Of a DNA stretch of 64,000 bases, positions 9,654 through 19,033 are shown piece by piece. The position numbers and the translations under genes are program-made. Numbering within the stretch: the stretch's first letter is position 1; every line of letters begins with the position of its first letter. Below the pieces are notes generated by a model. The model worked only from the letters and a program-made list of their open reading frames with translations. It made no database searches and was not told where the DNA came from. The stretch comes from Clostridiales bacterium (GTDB lineage: Bacteria > Bacillota > Clostridia > Christensenellales > CAG-314), in assembly GCA_022508345.1 (NCBI GenBank), contig JAFLVK010000004.1, positions 24,982 through 88,981 of the forward strand, given 5' to 3'.

Positions 9654-10796
9654 TTAGCCTTCTCTTACTATATCCTTTACGTAATCCCAGTAAGATTTAG
9701 CCGCCACGTCATTTTTTGCAAGCAAATTCACCTGACCTACGACGTTTTCATTGCTGTCAACCAGCTTAGCGATACCAATCACATCGCCTTGTGCTACGGG
9801 AGCTTTTACTTTTTCGGGCAATTCTATTTGCACCTTGTAGTCTACGCTTCCCTTCTTGCCAAATGCAATAAGCTTGCTTTCTGCAACAACCTCTAAGGTG
9901 TCCTGTTTACCGCCCTGAACAGCTACGCCCTCCAGCTTGGTATTGCCGTCAACGTACACTTTACTTTCGTAGTTTGCAAATGCGTAGTTGAACATTTCGC
10001 TCACTTCCTTGAAACGTGTTTGGCTGTCGGGTGCGCCCACTACAACGGCTATAACACGCGTATCTCCACGCTTAGCTGTTGCTGCAAGGCAGTGTTTTGC
10101 TTCGCTTGTGTAACCGGTTTTGCCGCCGTCACAGCCGTCGTAAAACCTTACAAGCTTGTTTGTATTGGTCATACCTGTTACGCGTCCTGAGGGATGCTCA
10201 AAGTCTTCCATCCACACATTTGCGCAAGTAAAGTAATGTGGATGCTTGATAAGGTTAGACAGCATAACCCCTACGTCCTTTGCGCAAGAATACTGGCTTA
10301 CCGCAGGCAGCCCGGTACAGTTTTCAAAGTGGGTATTTGTCAAGCCGAGTTCCTTTGCCTTGTTGTTCATCACTTCGACAAAGTTTTCAACGCTGCCACT
10401 AACGTGCTCTGCAACGGCAACGCAGCTGTCGTTTGCCGAACACACAATTATGGACTTGATGAGATTTCCCATTTTGTAGGTAGTATTTGCATCCAAGAAG
10501 ACTTGCGAACCGCCCATAGATGCAGCATGTTGGCTTGCAACCACGTCGTCATCCAACGACACCTTGCCATTGTCTACAGCGTCATATGCGCACAGTAGCG
10601 TCATGATTTTTGTCATGCTGGCAATGGGACGTTTTTCCGTTGCGTTATACTCAAAAAGTACTTGACCGTCTTCCGACATCAATATTGCTTCTTTGGCGGA
10701 AATGCTAAGATTCGCTGTTTCGGCGCACGCCGACACAGGTACAATTACTGCCAAAAGCAACATAATACTAAAAGCAAAAATAAGTAATTTTTTCAT
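9654..10796 (-). CDS. Serine-type D-alanyl-D-alanine carboxypeptidase (PBP5 / DacB / DacF-like)
   Basis: 380 aa with a signal peptide (MKKLLIFAFSIMLLLAVIVPVSACA) and SMTK (SxxK), SAND (SxN) and KTGYT (KTG) motifs. Confidence 0.85.
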   Translation of the reverse strand: MKKLLIFAFSIMLLLAVIVPVSACAETANLSISAKEAILMSEDGQVLFEYNATEKRPIASMTKIMTLLCAYDAVDNGKVSLDDDVVASQHAASMGGSQVFLDANTTYKMGNLIKSIIVCSANDSCVAVAEHVSGSVENFVEVMNNKAKELGLTNTHFENCTGLPAVSQYSCAKDVGVMLSNLIKHPHYFTCANVWMEDFEHPSGRVTGMTNTNKLVRFYDGCDGGKTGYTSEAKHCLAATAKRGDTRVIAVVVGAPDSQTRFKEVSEMFNYAFANYESKVYVDGNTKLEGVAVQGGKQDTLEVVAESKLIAFGKKGSVDYKVQIELPEKVKAPVAQGDVIGIAKLVDSNENVVGQVNLLAKNDVAAKSYWDYVKDIVREG

Positions 10797-10849
10797 ACAT
10801 TTCTCCTTATTTATTTGCCATTAGTATTTGCAAATCGCCGTTTACTATG

Positions 10850-10883
10850 CAAAAAAAATCACTGCAATATAGCAGCGATTTTT
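10850..10883 (-). terminator. Rho-independent terminator after hup
   Basis: Minus strand: ATCGCTGC / GCAGTGAT stem (one G-U pair), followed by TTTTTTTT. Confidence 0.6.
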
Positions 10884-10886
10884 CTA

Positions 10887-11162
10887 TTAGCCGTTCAGCC
10901 TGTCTGTAAAGGTTTTAGAAGGTTTGAACACTATTACACTTCTTGCGGGAATGTTGATACGTTTTTTTGTTTGAGGATTGATGCCCTTGCGCGCCGAACG
11001 CTTCTTAAGCTTGAATGTACCTACGCCCGTAAGGCACACGTCGTGACCCTTTTTGAGCTGTTCTTCAATGCTTTCCCAAAATGCGTCGTAAAACTCACCT
11101 GTCTTTTGTGAGCTTTGCCCTGTCTTGTCCGTTACACTTTCGATAAATTCACCTTTCTTCAT
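10887..11162 (-). CDS. hup: DNA-binding protein HU
   Basis: 91 aa. The ...RSARKGINPQTKKRINIPARSVIVFKPSK... arm is typical of the HU/IHF family. Confidence 0.9.
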   Translation of the reverse strand: MKKGEFIESVTDKTGQSSQKTGEFYDAFWESIEEQLKKGHDVCLTGVGTFKLKKRSARKGINPQTKKRINIPARSVIVFKPSKTFTDRLNG

Positions 11163-11236
11163 TGTCTACTCCTTATGGTCTGATATTTCGTCAGAATTTA
11201 TATTCGGAGTATTGCCATCATGCGCCCAGCTTATAC

Positions 11237-11271
11237 ATAAAAACTGTCGGTAAGTTTTTCTTACCGACAGT
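11237..11271 (-). terminator. Rho-independent terminator after deoB
   Basis: 12-bp perfect stem ACTGTCGGTAAG / CTTACCGACAGT (11243-11254 and 11260-11271), followed on the minus strand by TTTTTAT. Confidence 0.7.
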
Positions 11272-11290
11272 GAATTTTTTTTATGAAAAT

Positions 11291-12439
11291 TTATCTTGTA
11301 ACCTTTTCCCAAACGGACTTAGGTCCGCCACCGATACCAAGCTGTTCGCGTATTGTATCAGCGATTACGTCAAAGCCCTTGAGTGTTCCAAGGTTTGTAG
11401 GAACAACGTCCGTACCGTAAATAAGCAACGGAGTGTATTCTCTGGTGTGGTCGGTGTGTTGCTTGTGCGTGGGATCGCAACCGTGATCGCCTGTGATGTA
11501 CACAACGTCGTCATGATGCAGTACCTTGATAAGCTCTGCCACCTTGGCGTCGATTTCTTCAAGTGCCGCTGCATAACCGAAAACATCTCTGCGATGACCG
11601 TACTTCATGTCGGTGTCCACAAGGTTTACAAATACAAGCCCGTCGAAATGCTCCTTGGCAATTTCAATAGTTTTGTTGAGTCCGTCAAGATTGCTTTCGG
11701 TGTGGAGACTACGCGTAATGCCTTGTCCGTTGAAGATGTACTCTATTTTACCAACTGCAACGCTTTCCATTCCTGCTTCCTTTACGTTGTCAAGGATTGT
11801 TTTTGCAGGGGGATTTAAGGAGTAGTCCTTGCGCTCTGACGTGCGTGTAAAGGGATATGCGCCTGTAAATGGGCGGGCGATAATTCTACCAACAGCAAAC
11901 TTACCTGTGCAAAGTTTACGCGCCTTTTCGCACATTTCGTACAATTCGTCGATTGTATATTTGTCCATGTGAACAGCAATTTGCAGCACGCTGTCCGCCG
12001 ACGTGTACACAATGGGATAGCCAGTCTTTAAGTGTTCTTCGCCGTAATCTTTGATAACTTCCGTTCCGCTATAGGGCTTGTTGCACAGCACCTTTGTACC
12101 AAGTTCCTTTTCCAGCTTACTGATAAAGCCTTGCGGGAAACCGTGCGGGAATGTTGGCATCGGTTCATTGGTGATAACACCGGACATCTCCCAGTGTCCT
12201 ACCGTTGTGTCCTTACCCTTGGAAAGCTCCTCAAGGCGCGCATATGCACCAATTGGCATACGGTCATCGTTGTAGGTGCCGTCAATGTTGTACAGTCCCA
12301 TGTCGGACAGAACAGGCAAATGCAAGTCATACGCAGAGCGTACGTTTTTAAGCGTGTTTGCGCCTAAGTCGTTGAATTTCCTACAATCGGGCATTGCACC
12401 AATTCCAAAGCCGTCAATTACGAGAATAAATGCTCTCAT
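11291..12439 (-). CDS. deoB: Phosphopentomutase
   Basis: 382 aa. N-terminus MRAFILVIDGFGIGAMPD and ...ITGDHGCDPT..., both typical of DeoB/Drm. Confidence 0.9.
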   Translation of the reverse strand: MRAFILVIDGFGIGAMPDCRKFNDLGANTLKNVRSAYDLHLPVLSDMGLYNIDGTYNDDRMPIGAYARLEELSKGKDTTVGHWEMSGVITNEPMPTFPHGFPQGFISKLEKELGTKVLCNKPYSGTEVIKDYGEEHLKTGYPIVYTSADSVLQIAVHMDKYTIDELYEMCEKARKLCTGKFAVGRIIARPFTGAYPFTRTSERKDYSLNPPAKTILDNVKEAGMESVAVGKIEYIFNGQGITRSLHTESNLDGLNKTIEIAKEHFDGLVFVNLVDTDMKYGHRRDVFGYAAALEEIDAKVAELIKVLHHDDVVYITGDHGCDPTHKQHTDHTREYTPLLIYGTDVVPTNLGTLKGFDVIADTIREQLGIGGGPKSVWEKVTR

Positions 12440-12516
12440 GTCTTTCTCCTTGTGCCAGTAATCCTGCGCATTATTAGCTACGTTAATATTATATCAAATA
12501 TCAAGATTTTTTACAA

Positions 12517-13167
12517 TCAAATGACGGCAGTTATTATGCGCAATATTACAAAAAACCCAACAATTTTCACAATGAAAGCAGCTGTTAGTATTATTATACA
12601 CAGTCGAAAATCACAAAAAGTTTCCCGCAAAGTGCGGCAGGATGTGGGCTCACAAAATGCCACACAACAAACAAGATAATAGCCTATCACTTCCGGTACC
12701 GTCACGAAAATACAAAACAGTACTCCCCACACAGACCAACACACAATTGTTGCGGCTGTATTTGCACCGCAGTAAAAGCAACACACAAACAGCAGAACGC
12801 AATTGAGAAACTTTGTCACAGGACTGATGTTGCTAAAAATAAGACAAAGGTACAATATCACATACCACAGCAAAAAAAACAAGAACAACGAAAAGCCACC
12901 GTTGAAAAGCTTCTCGGCATAGGCAATGCGATTGTCGTACCACCACCCGTCTTTACTGACGTTAAACAGCACTACACCAACAACAATGCCGGCAATTGCG
13001 GACAGCGCGCAAATAAGCGATCTCCACTTGTGATTGCAAATATTATCCCAAATATCTATACAGGTATATCGTAAATAGCGAAAGCAACTCATATCACTAA
13101 ATATGAGTTGCCACGCTCTTTTATGACATAAATCTACAAATTTCTGTTTTAGTTGGTCAGCATCCAC
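12517..13167 (-). CDS. Cys-rich polytopic membrane protein, possibly SpoIIM-like
   Basis: 216 aa with a cytoplasmic N-terminus of about 50 aa and then about 5 hydrophobic helices, a size and topology like SpoIIM. deoB is adjacent, and drm/spoIIM are neighbours in B. subtilis. I cannot see a strong motif match by eye. I count 18 Cys. The start is uncertain (no SD) and overlaps the spoIVB end. Confidence 0.35.
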   Translation of the reverse strand: MDADQLKQKFVDLCHKRAWQLIFSDMSCFRYLRYTCIDIWDNICNHKWRSLICALSAIAGIVVGVVLFNVSKDGWWYDNRIAYAEKLFNGGFSLFLFFLLWYVILYLCLIFSNISPVTKFLNCVLLFVCCFYCGANTAATIVCWSVWGVLFCIFVTVPEVIGYYLVCCVAFCEPTSCRTLRETFCDFRLCIIILTAAFIVKIVGFFVILRIITAVI

Positions 13168-14258
13168 TTGGCGTAGATGCCGTAGCCGCGTGTCGGATCG
13201 TTAACGAACACGTGCGTTACTGCGCCTACAAGCTTGCCGTTTTGCACTATCGGACTTCCGCTCATGCCTTGCACAATGCCGCCTGTTTTAGCTAGCAGCT
13301 CCTTGTCCGTAACGTGGATAATCATTCCCTTGTCATCACGCGAAGTCTGCGGTGTTACCTTTACAATCTCGATGTCGAAGCATCTGCGTTCGTTATCATC
13401 CAGTGTGCAGTAAATCTGAGCTTTTCCCGGTTTTATCTCGTTTATATCTGCAACGGGAATTAACTCACTGCAGAATTGCGGTAGGCTGTTAAAGCTGCCG
13501 AATGCGCCGAACTTGTTGTTTGCGTAAATATTTCCATTGCGCTTGTCGAAGCAAAAGCTGCCTTTTAACTCTCCGGCTGCGCCCTTTTGTCCCTTTTCTA
13601 TTCCGTCAATGGTACAACCAAATACGCCACCGTTTTTGCATGCAATAACAGTACCCTTTGCATCGGTAATGGGATGTCCAAGACTTCCGAACTTGAGATT
13701 TTTGCGCACGTAAGTTAAAGTGCCGATACCGCTTGATGAATCGCGCGTCCACAAGCCCAATCGATATTGACCTGCCGTCAAGTCCTTTTGAGGAGTGATT
13801 GTTGTTTCTTTCAAAACGCCCTCTCTCAGATACTTCAACGACAACTCGCGTCCTTGCGACTGTGCAGCAATCTCCGACAGCTTGGCAGAACCGTAAATTT
13901 TGCGACCGTTTAACTCAACGATAACGTCATTTATTTCAATTCCTGCTAACATTGCAGGGCAACACAACGACCCGTCCTGAGTAATAAATTCGTTCAATCC
14001 AATAACCGTTACACCGTCGCCGTCGATTGTTATGCCTAACGGATAACCTCCAAGATAAACCTCTTCGTCTATTTTGGAAGCGCTACTGCCCACAAACAGG
14101 TCGCCAAAATCATCTATAAAATCTTCCACGCCCTGGTTGGATGTATTAGCACTTGCGGTAACAGTTTCTGCTTCGGCGTAGACAAGCGGTACGCACAGCA
14201 TAGCCTGTAAAAGAAATATAACAACGTAAAGTAACAGTATCGATTTTTTCATAGTCAC
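13149..14258 (-). CDS. spoIVB: SpoIVB signalling serine peptidase (S55)
   Basis: 369 aa with a signal/TM segment, a PDZ-like segment (...GIEINDVIVELNGRKI...) and a catalytic region (...GIGTLTYV..., ...GMSGSPIV...). It follows recN, as in Bacillus and Clostridium. Confidence 0.9.
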   Translation of the reverse strand: MTMKKSILLLYVVIFLLQAMLCVPLVYAEAETVTASANTSNQGVEDFIDDFGDLFVGSSASKIDEEVYLGGYPLGITIDGDGVTVIGLNEFITQDGSLCCPAMLAGIEINDVIVELNGRKIYGSAKLSEIAAQSQGRELSLKYLREGVLKETTITPQKDLTAGQYRLGLWTRDSSSGIGTLTYVRKNLKFGSLGHPITDAKGTVIACKNGGVFGCTIDGIEKGQKGAAGELKGSFCFDKRNGNIYANNKFGAFGSFNSLPQFCSELIPVADINEIKPGKAQIYCTLDDNERRCFDIEIVKVTPQTSRDDKGMIIHVTDKELLAKTGGIVQGMSGSPIVQNGKLVGAVTHVFVNDPTRGYGIYAKWMLTN

Positions 14259-14274
14259 CTCAAAACACTACGCA

Positions 14275-14304
14275 TAGTGTGTGGATTTGATTGACTATTA
14301 TTCA
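14275..14304 (-). promoter_or_regulatory. Forespore (sigma-F/G-type) promoter candidate for spoIVB
   Basis: Minus strand: TGAATA (14304-14299), 17 nt, CACACTA (14281-14275), compared with the sigma-G consensus TGAATA-N17/18-CATACTA. It lies about 22 nt upstream of the ATG, and a GAGGTGA RBS follows. Confidence 0.5.
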
Positions 14305-14323
14305 CTGCAAAATTATTATTTCA

Positions 14324-14354
14324 ATAAAAAAGTTCTCTCGAGTGGAGAGAACTT
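14324..14354 (-). terminator. Rho-independent terminator after recN
   Basis: 10-bp stem AAGTTCTCTC / GAGAGAACTT (14330-14339 and 14345-14354), followed on the minus strand by TTTTTAT. Confidence 0.7.
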
Positions 14355-14359
14355 AAATA

Positions 14360-16072
14360 TTATTTCAAACTGTTTTTGTATTTCTGTGACCAATCAAGCA
14401 GCTCCTTGGCGTTGATAATGGCATGCTCACCCACGCTACCCATAAGCCGCGATACTTCCTCGGCACGACGTCCGTAGTCGGTAAGCGTATCCACCGCTGT
14501 GTGAGTTTTTCCGTCACTTTCGAATTTGCGTATGTACATATTAACGTCCGCCATAGCCACAATCTGCGGCAGGTGTGTGATAACTATACATTGATATCCG
14601 TTCTGCTCGCTAGCGGAAACATTTGCCAGCTTGTTTGCCACCATTTGCGCCATGTTGCCGGAAATACCCGTGTCAATTTCGTCAAAAATCATTGTCGGGA
14701 TTTTTTCCGCAAGTGCAGTGATATTTTTCACCGCAAGCATAAAGCGCGACATTTCACCGCCAGATATAACCTTTGCCAAGGGCTTTAACGGTTCGCCGAC
14801 ATTTGCCGACATCAAAAACTCCACCTTATCAAAACCGTCGGCGGACGGTGACGCGCAATATTCCTCAAAAGTCGGTTCCTGATTGAAGCATACCTCAAAA
14901 TGAGTTCCGCGCATGCCAAGGTCATTCAATTCCTGCATGATGCGTGAAGCAAGCTTTTGCGCAGTAGCCTTGCGTTGGGCAGATTTCTTTTGGCAAAGCG
15001 CATACATCTGTTTTAGAACTTTATTCTTTTGCGTGTTAAGTTCTTCAATTCGCTCCGCGGAGTTTACAAGGTTGTCGTATTTAGTTTGCGACTGCGAAAG
15101 GAAGCTGAGTACTTCGGCAATGCTACCGCCGTATTTACGCTTTAGCTGACGGATATTCTCCAAGCGCGCTTCCATTTTGTCCACTTCAGCAGGGCTGAAA
15201 TCCATCGTGGCAAGTATATCCTCTAACTGAGAGCTCACGTCCTCAATTTCCAGCCTAGCCGACTGCAAGCGCGATTCTAGCTCGGTTGCCGTTTCTTCAA
15301 GTGCACCTACCGTGCGCAAAAATGCGCAGGACTGTGAAATCTGTGAAATTGCGCCATGCTCACCGTTAAGCATTTGCTGTGCTTGTCCCAGCGCTGAAGA
15401 CAGCTTTTCAACATTCACCATGCGCTTGTGCATAGCAAGCAGTTCCGTCTCTTCATCTTCGCTAAGATTTGCCGCCGTAATTTCGTCAATTTGATATTTC
15501 AAAATGTCTATCAGGCGTTCTCTTTCAGCGTCGCTTCCGCCAAAAGTTTTGAGTTCGCGGTTGATTGCGGTAAGCGCAGGATTTAGCTCGGTTTTTAGTT
15601 GAACATCTACACCGTTGAATTCGCAAAAAGCGTCCAGTACCGACAACTGATTTTTCTCATTCAACAATGCAAGATGCTGCCCCTGCCCAAATATATCTAC
15701 AAGCTCGGCGCACACGTCCTTGAGTATTGCCAAGGTCGCGGTTTTGCCTTGTATACGTATTTCGTTTTTCCCTGCAACGGACATTTTGCGTGATATCAAA
15801 ATCTCCAAATCGTCACCGTAACCGTACTCGGCAAGCTTTGAAATAACGGTGGAATCATTCTCAACTTCAAACAAAGCTGTTACTTCGGCAGCGTCCTCTC
15901 CGTACTTAATGAGGGTTTTGTCGGCGCGATCGCCCAATACAAAAGCCAGCGAATCCACGATAATGGATTTACCGCTACCTGTTTCACCGCTCAGCACCGT
16001 CAGCCCCTCTTTGAAATCCAATTCCAAGTGGTCTATCAGCGCAATATTGTTGATAACTAAATTTTTAATCAT
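14360..16072 (-). CDS. recN: DNA repair protein RecN
   Basis: 570 aa with an SMC-like Walker A (GETGSGKSI), a long coiled coil, and a C-terminal signature plus Walker B (...SGGEMSRFMLA..., ...MIFDEIDTGISG...). Confidence 0.95.
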   Translation of the reverse strand: MIKNLVINNIALIDHLELDFKEGLTVLSGETGSGKSIIVDSLAFVLGDRADKTLIKYGEDAAEVTALFEVENDSTVISKLAEYGYGDDLEILISRKMSVAGKNEIRIQGKTATLAILKDVCAELVDIFGQGQHLALLNEKNQLSVLDAFCEFNGVDVQLKTELNPALTAINRELKTFGGSDAERERLIDILKYQIDEITAANLSEDEETELLAMHKRMVNVEKLSSALGQAQQMLNGEHGAISQISQSCAFLRTVGALEETATELESRLQSARLEIEDVSSQLEDILATMDFSPAEVDKMEARLENIRQLKRKYGGSIAEVLSFLSQSQTKYDNLVNSAERIEELNTQKNKVLKQMYALCQKKSAQRKATAQKLASRIMQELNDLGMRGTHFEVCFNQEPTFEEYCASPSADGFDKVEFLMSANVGEPLKPLAKVISGGEMSRFMLAVKNITALAEKIPTMIFDEIDTGISGNMAQMVANKLANVSASEQNGYQCIVITHLPQIVAMADVNMYIRKFESDGKTHTAVDTLTDYGRRAEEVSRLMGSVGEHAIINAKELLDWSQKYKNSLK

Positions 16073-16103
16073 ATGTTCCTGTGTGCCGTGTAATTTAAGC
16101 TAA

Positions 16104-16553
16104 TTATAAAAGAGCTGTTATCTTATGTTTTACAGTATCCGCATCGCGAGAGTTTGCACAGACAACCAACACAGTGTTTCTGTCTGCAAGAATACCCACC
16201 GCTTCGCTCATAGACAGCTGTTCGATTGCTCCGGAAACAGCAGGCGCGCTATCGTTGATTGCTCTTACCACAACCATGTTCTCTGCCGTCACAACGGAAA
16301 TAACGGCTTCTCTTACCACGTTCATCAGCTTGCCCGACAACTTTGTGTCTATTGTTTGCTTGGTAACGTACTTATACTTGTTTTCCGATGTTAAGGTTTT
16401 GATTAGTCCCAATTCCTTGATATCGCGAGATATCGTAGCCTGCGTTATATCAAAGCCGGCATTGCGAAGTTCCGAAACAAGTTCGTCCTGTGTTTCAATA
16501 TCCTTGCTGGTGATAATACTTAATATTAGTGATTGTCTTGATGTTCTTGACAT
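16104..16553 (-). CDS. argR: Arginine repressor
   Basis: ArgR/AhrC pattern (...IITSKDIETQDELVSEL...GFDITQATISRDIKEL...). I chose the start at ATG 16553 (AAGGAG upstream) rather than the ORF-track 16574. Confidence 0.9.
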   Translation of the reverse strand: MSRTSRQSLILSIITSKDIETQDELVSELRNAGFDITQATISRDIKELGLIKTLTSENKYKYVTKQTIDTKLSGKLMNVVREAVISVVTAENMVVVRAINDSAPAVSGAIEQLSMSEAVGILADRNTVLVVCANSRDADTVKHKITALL

Positions 16554-16618
16554 GTTTTTCTTCTCCTTGAACATGATATCTTGTGTTAGTTATTCAGCAA
16601 TACGGCAAATTAAGAGTA

Positions 16619-18421
16619 CTATGTCTGTGATAACATACCTTTTATTACCTTTTTTATGCCATCTGACGATAGCGAAAATTCTTCAAGCTGCTGATCCACC
16701 GACGCATGCTTTACAAACTGATCCGTTACACCCATTGTCTTGACGCGTATGCCTTTCCCCGATAGATACGAAGATACGCTTTGTCCAAAGCCACCTTGAA
16801 CAACATTTTCTTCCAGTGTTAACACATTCTCGTTTGGTTTTATTTTATCCAGATAGTTGTAGTCAAGCGGCTTGACGGTTGTAACATTCACTACTTCTAC
16901 GTTGTCTAAGTTTATTGCAGCTTGAACCACTGTGTTAGCAAGTCTACTACCTACCGCCAAAATCTTGAGTTTGCATTGCTCTCCAGGTATCAACACATTC
17001 CAACTGCCTGTGAAGTCCTGCATGTCTGTCAGTAAGTTGCGGGAATATCTTATTGCAACCGGGCAATTCTCGTTGAGGCTTGCCGCAATCATTTGCGATA
17101 GTTGACTGTATGTAGATGGCGTCCAAATTTTTAGATTTGGTATTTGCGACAAATAGGATAAATCAAATAGCCCCTGGTGAGTTTTGCCGTCTTCGCCAAC
17201 AAAACCTGCTCGGTCAATCAAAAAGGTTACAGGGAGATTTTGAATGGCTACGTCGTGCAATATTTGGTCGTAACTACGTTGCAAAAAGGAAGAGTATATT
17301 GCCACAAACGGTCTGGCTCCCCCCTTGGCAAGGCCTGCTGCAAATGTTACCGCGTGTTCTTCGGCTATCCCCACGTCGTAAAAACGGTCAGGATATTTTT
17401 CCTTAAATGCCGACAACCCCGTTGCCTTTGCCATAGCTGCGGTAATTGCCACAATATCGTTGCGGACTTCTGCAAGCTTGCACAACGTATCGCTCACAAC
17501 ATGTGAGCTCTCCATCGCCGTCGCGTCCGTCCCGCGCTTGTTTACTGAGTGATAACTTTCCGGGTCGTTCTCTGCCGGTTCGTATCCCTTTCCTTTTTTT
17601 GTTACGATTTGCAAAACAGTTGGTTTGGTTACGTTATTTTTTATTTTCGTAAGATAGTAAACCAAGTCCTTTATTTCGTTGCCGTCGATAATGCCGATAT
17701 ATTTTAGATCGAAATTGTCGAAGTAGCTGTTGCGTACATATCCCAGTTTTGCGCGACGTTTGCACCAACGCAAAAATTTGTAGGAAGGCTTGCCTAGTAC
17801 AGGTATTTTCAAAAGAAACCTTTTCAATCTTTCCTTGTTGCGATCGTACTTGCCTACGCGGAGCCGTGACATATTGAGCGTTGCAGAGCCTACATTTCCG
17901 CTAATGGACATATTGTTGTCATTCAGAACAATCAACATGTTGGTGTCCTTGACGTTGTTCAGTGCTTCGTAAGTCATTCCGCAAGTCATCGATCCGTCGC
18001 CAACAACTGCAACAACCTTGTAGTTCTCCCCCAAGGTATCCCTTGCTTTAGCTAACCCTAATGCTGCGGAAATTGCCGTACCTGCGTGTCCCGTATTGAA
18101 GCTGTCACGCTCGTCCTCTTCACAGTCGGGAAAACCGCTCACGCCGTCCTTTTTGCGCAACGTAGAAAAATTCTCACCTCGAGAGGTAAGAATTTTGTGT
18201 ACGTAACTTTGATGCCCTACGTCCCACACTATCTTGTCACACTCGTCGAAAACGTAATGAAGCGCGACAGTAAGCTCAACAACGCCGAGATTACTTGCCA
18301 AATGCCCTCCGCTTTCAAGCACTTCGCTGATAAGTTTTTTGCGAATATCATCGCACAGTTCGGGAAGCTGTGTAACGCTTAGGCTTTTTAAATCTTGAAT
18401 TGTTTTTACTTTTTCTAGCAC
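16619..18421 (-). CDS. dxs: 1-deoxy-D-xylulose-5-phosphate synthase
   Basis: 600 aa with ...GGHLASNLGVVELTVALHYVF...WDVGHQSYVHKILT... and a ThDP-binding GDGSMT motif. Confidence 0.95.
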   Translation of the reverse strand: MLEKVKTIQDLKSLSVTQLPELCDDIRKKLISEVLESGGHLASNLGVVELTVALHYVFDECDKIVWDVGHQSYVHKILTSRGENFSTLRKKDGVSGFPDCEEDERDSFNTGHAGTAISAALGLAKARDTLGENYKVVAVVGDGSMTCGMTYEALNNVKDTNMLIVLNDNNMSISGNVGSATLNMSRLRVGKYDRNKERLKRFLLKIPVLGKPSYKFLRWCKRRAKLGYVRNSYFDNFDLKYIGIIDGNEIKDLVYYLTKIKNNVTKPTVLQIVTKKGKGYEPAENDPESYHSVNKRGTDATAMESSHVVSDTLCKLAEVRNDIVAITAAMAKATGLSAFKEKYPDRFYDVGIAEEHAVTFAAGLAKGGARPFVAIYSSFLQRSYDQILHDVAIQNLPVTFLIDRAGFVGEDGKTHQGLFDLSYLSQIPNLKIWTPSTYSQLSQMIAASLNENCPVAIRYSRNLLTDMQDFTGSWNVLIPGEQCKLKILAVGSRLANTVVQAAINLDNVEVVNVTTVKPLDYNYLDKIKPNENVLTLEENVVQGGFGQSVSSYLSGKGIRVKTMGVTDQFVKHASVDQQLEEFSLSSDGIKKVIKGMLSQT

Positions 18422-18422
18422 T

Positions 18423-18977
18423 TTATCCTTCCTTACGGAAAATACTTAGCGCTTTTGCAACGCCGAAAATAATTTTGTTGGCTTGTTTGATGGCAATTCC
18501 CTTGCCAACCGCTTTCAATGTTATTGTTAACGTGGAGATAACTGCGTATATCAGTACCGTCCACCAAAAACTACCGTTGAGATTTAACGTGTATGCTGCA
18601 ATCGTTGCAGCACACACACCGGATACAATTCCGCAAACGTCGCCCACGATATCACAACAAACGGAAGATACCACGTCGCTTTTTTTCGAAAGCTTAACAG
18701 CAAGCTTTGCGCCCCTAACCTTCCTTGATGCCATTGACAAAAACGGACCTTCATCACAAGCCGTTGAAGCTGTACCTATCATATCGAACACTACGCCAAC
18801 AAGCAATATGATAACGGTAAGCAATGTCGCCAACCACCAATGAGAGTCCTCCAGTACCAACGTAGACGCAGCATTCACAGCTGCTGCCAACACAAAAGTA
18901 ATAACAAGGGCTTTCAGTGGCCAAAGATTACGCTTCTTTTTCTTTTTTTCTCGCGGAACAGAATCTGTATTTTTCAT
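18423..18977 (-). CDS. oapA: OLE-associated membrane protein OapA (candidate)
   Basis: Four predicted TM helices, about 184 aa from ATG 18977 (GGAGAAAC upstream). The ORF-track TTG at 19028 abuts the T-run and is unlikely. It sits directly between the OLE-like RNA and dxs, the reported invariant position of oapA. Confidence 0.7.
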   Translation of the reverse strand: MKNTDSVPREKKKKKRNLWPLKALVITFVLAAAVNAASTLVLEDSHWWLATLLTVIILLVGVVFDMIGTASTACDEGPFLSMASRKVRGAKLAVKLSKKSDVVSSVCCDIVGDVCGIVSGVCAATIAAYTLNLNGSFWWTVLIYAVISTLTITLKAVGKGIAIKQANKIIFGVAKALSIFRKEG

Positions 18978-19033
18978 GTTTCTCCAGTATATAAATCTTG
19001 CAAAAATTCTTGCAAGCTTTTTAAACAAAAAAA

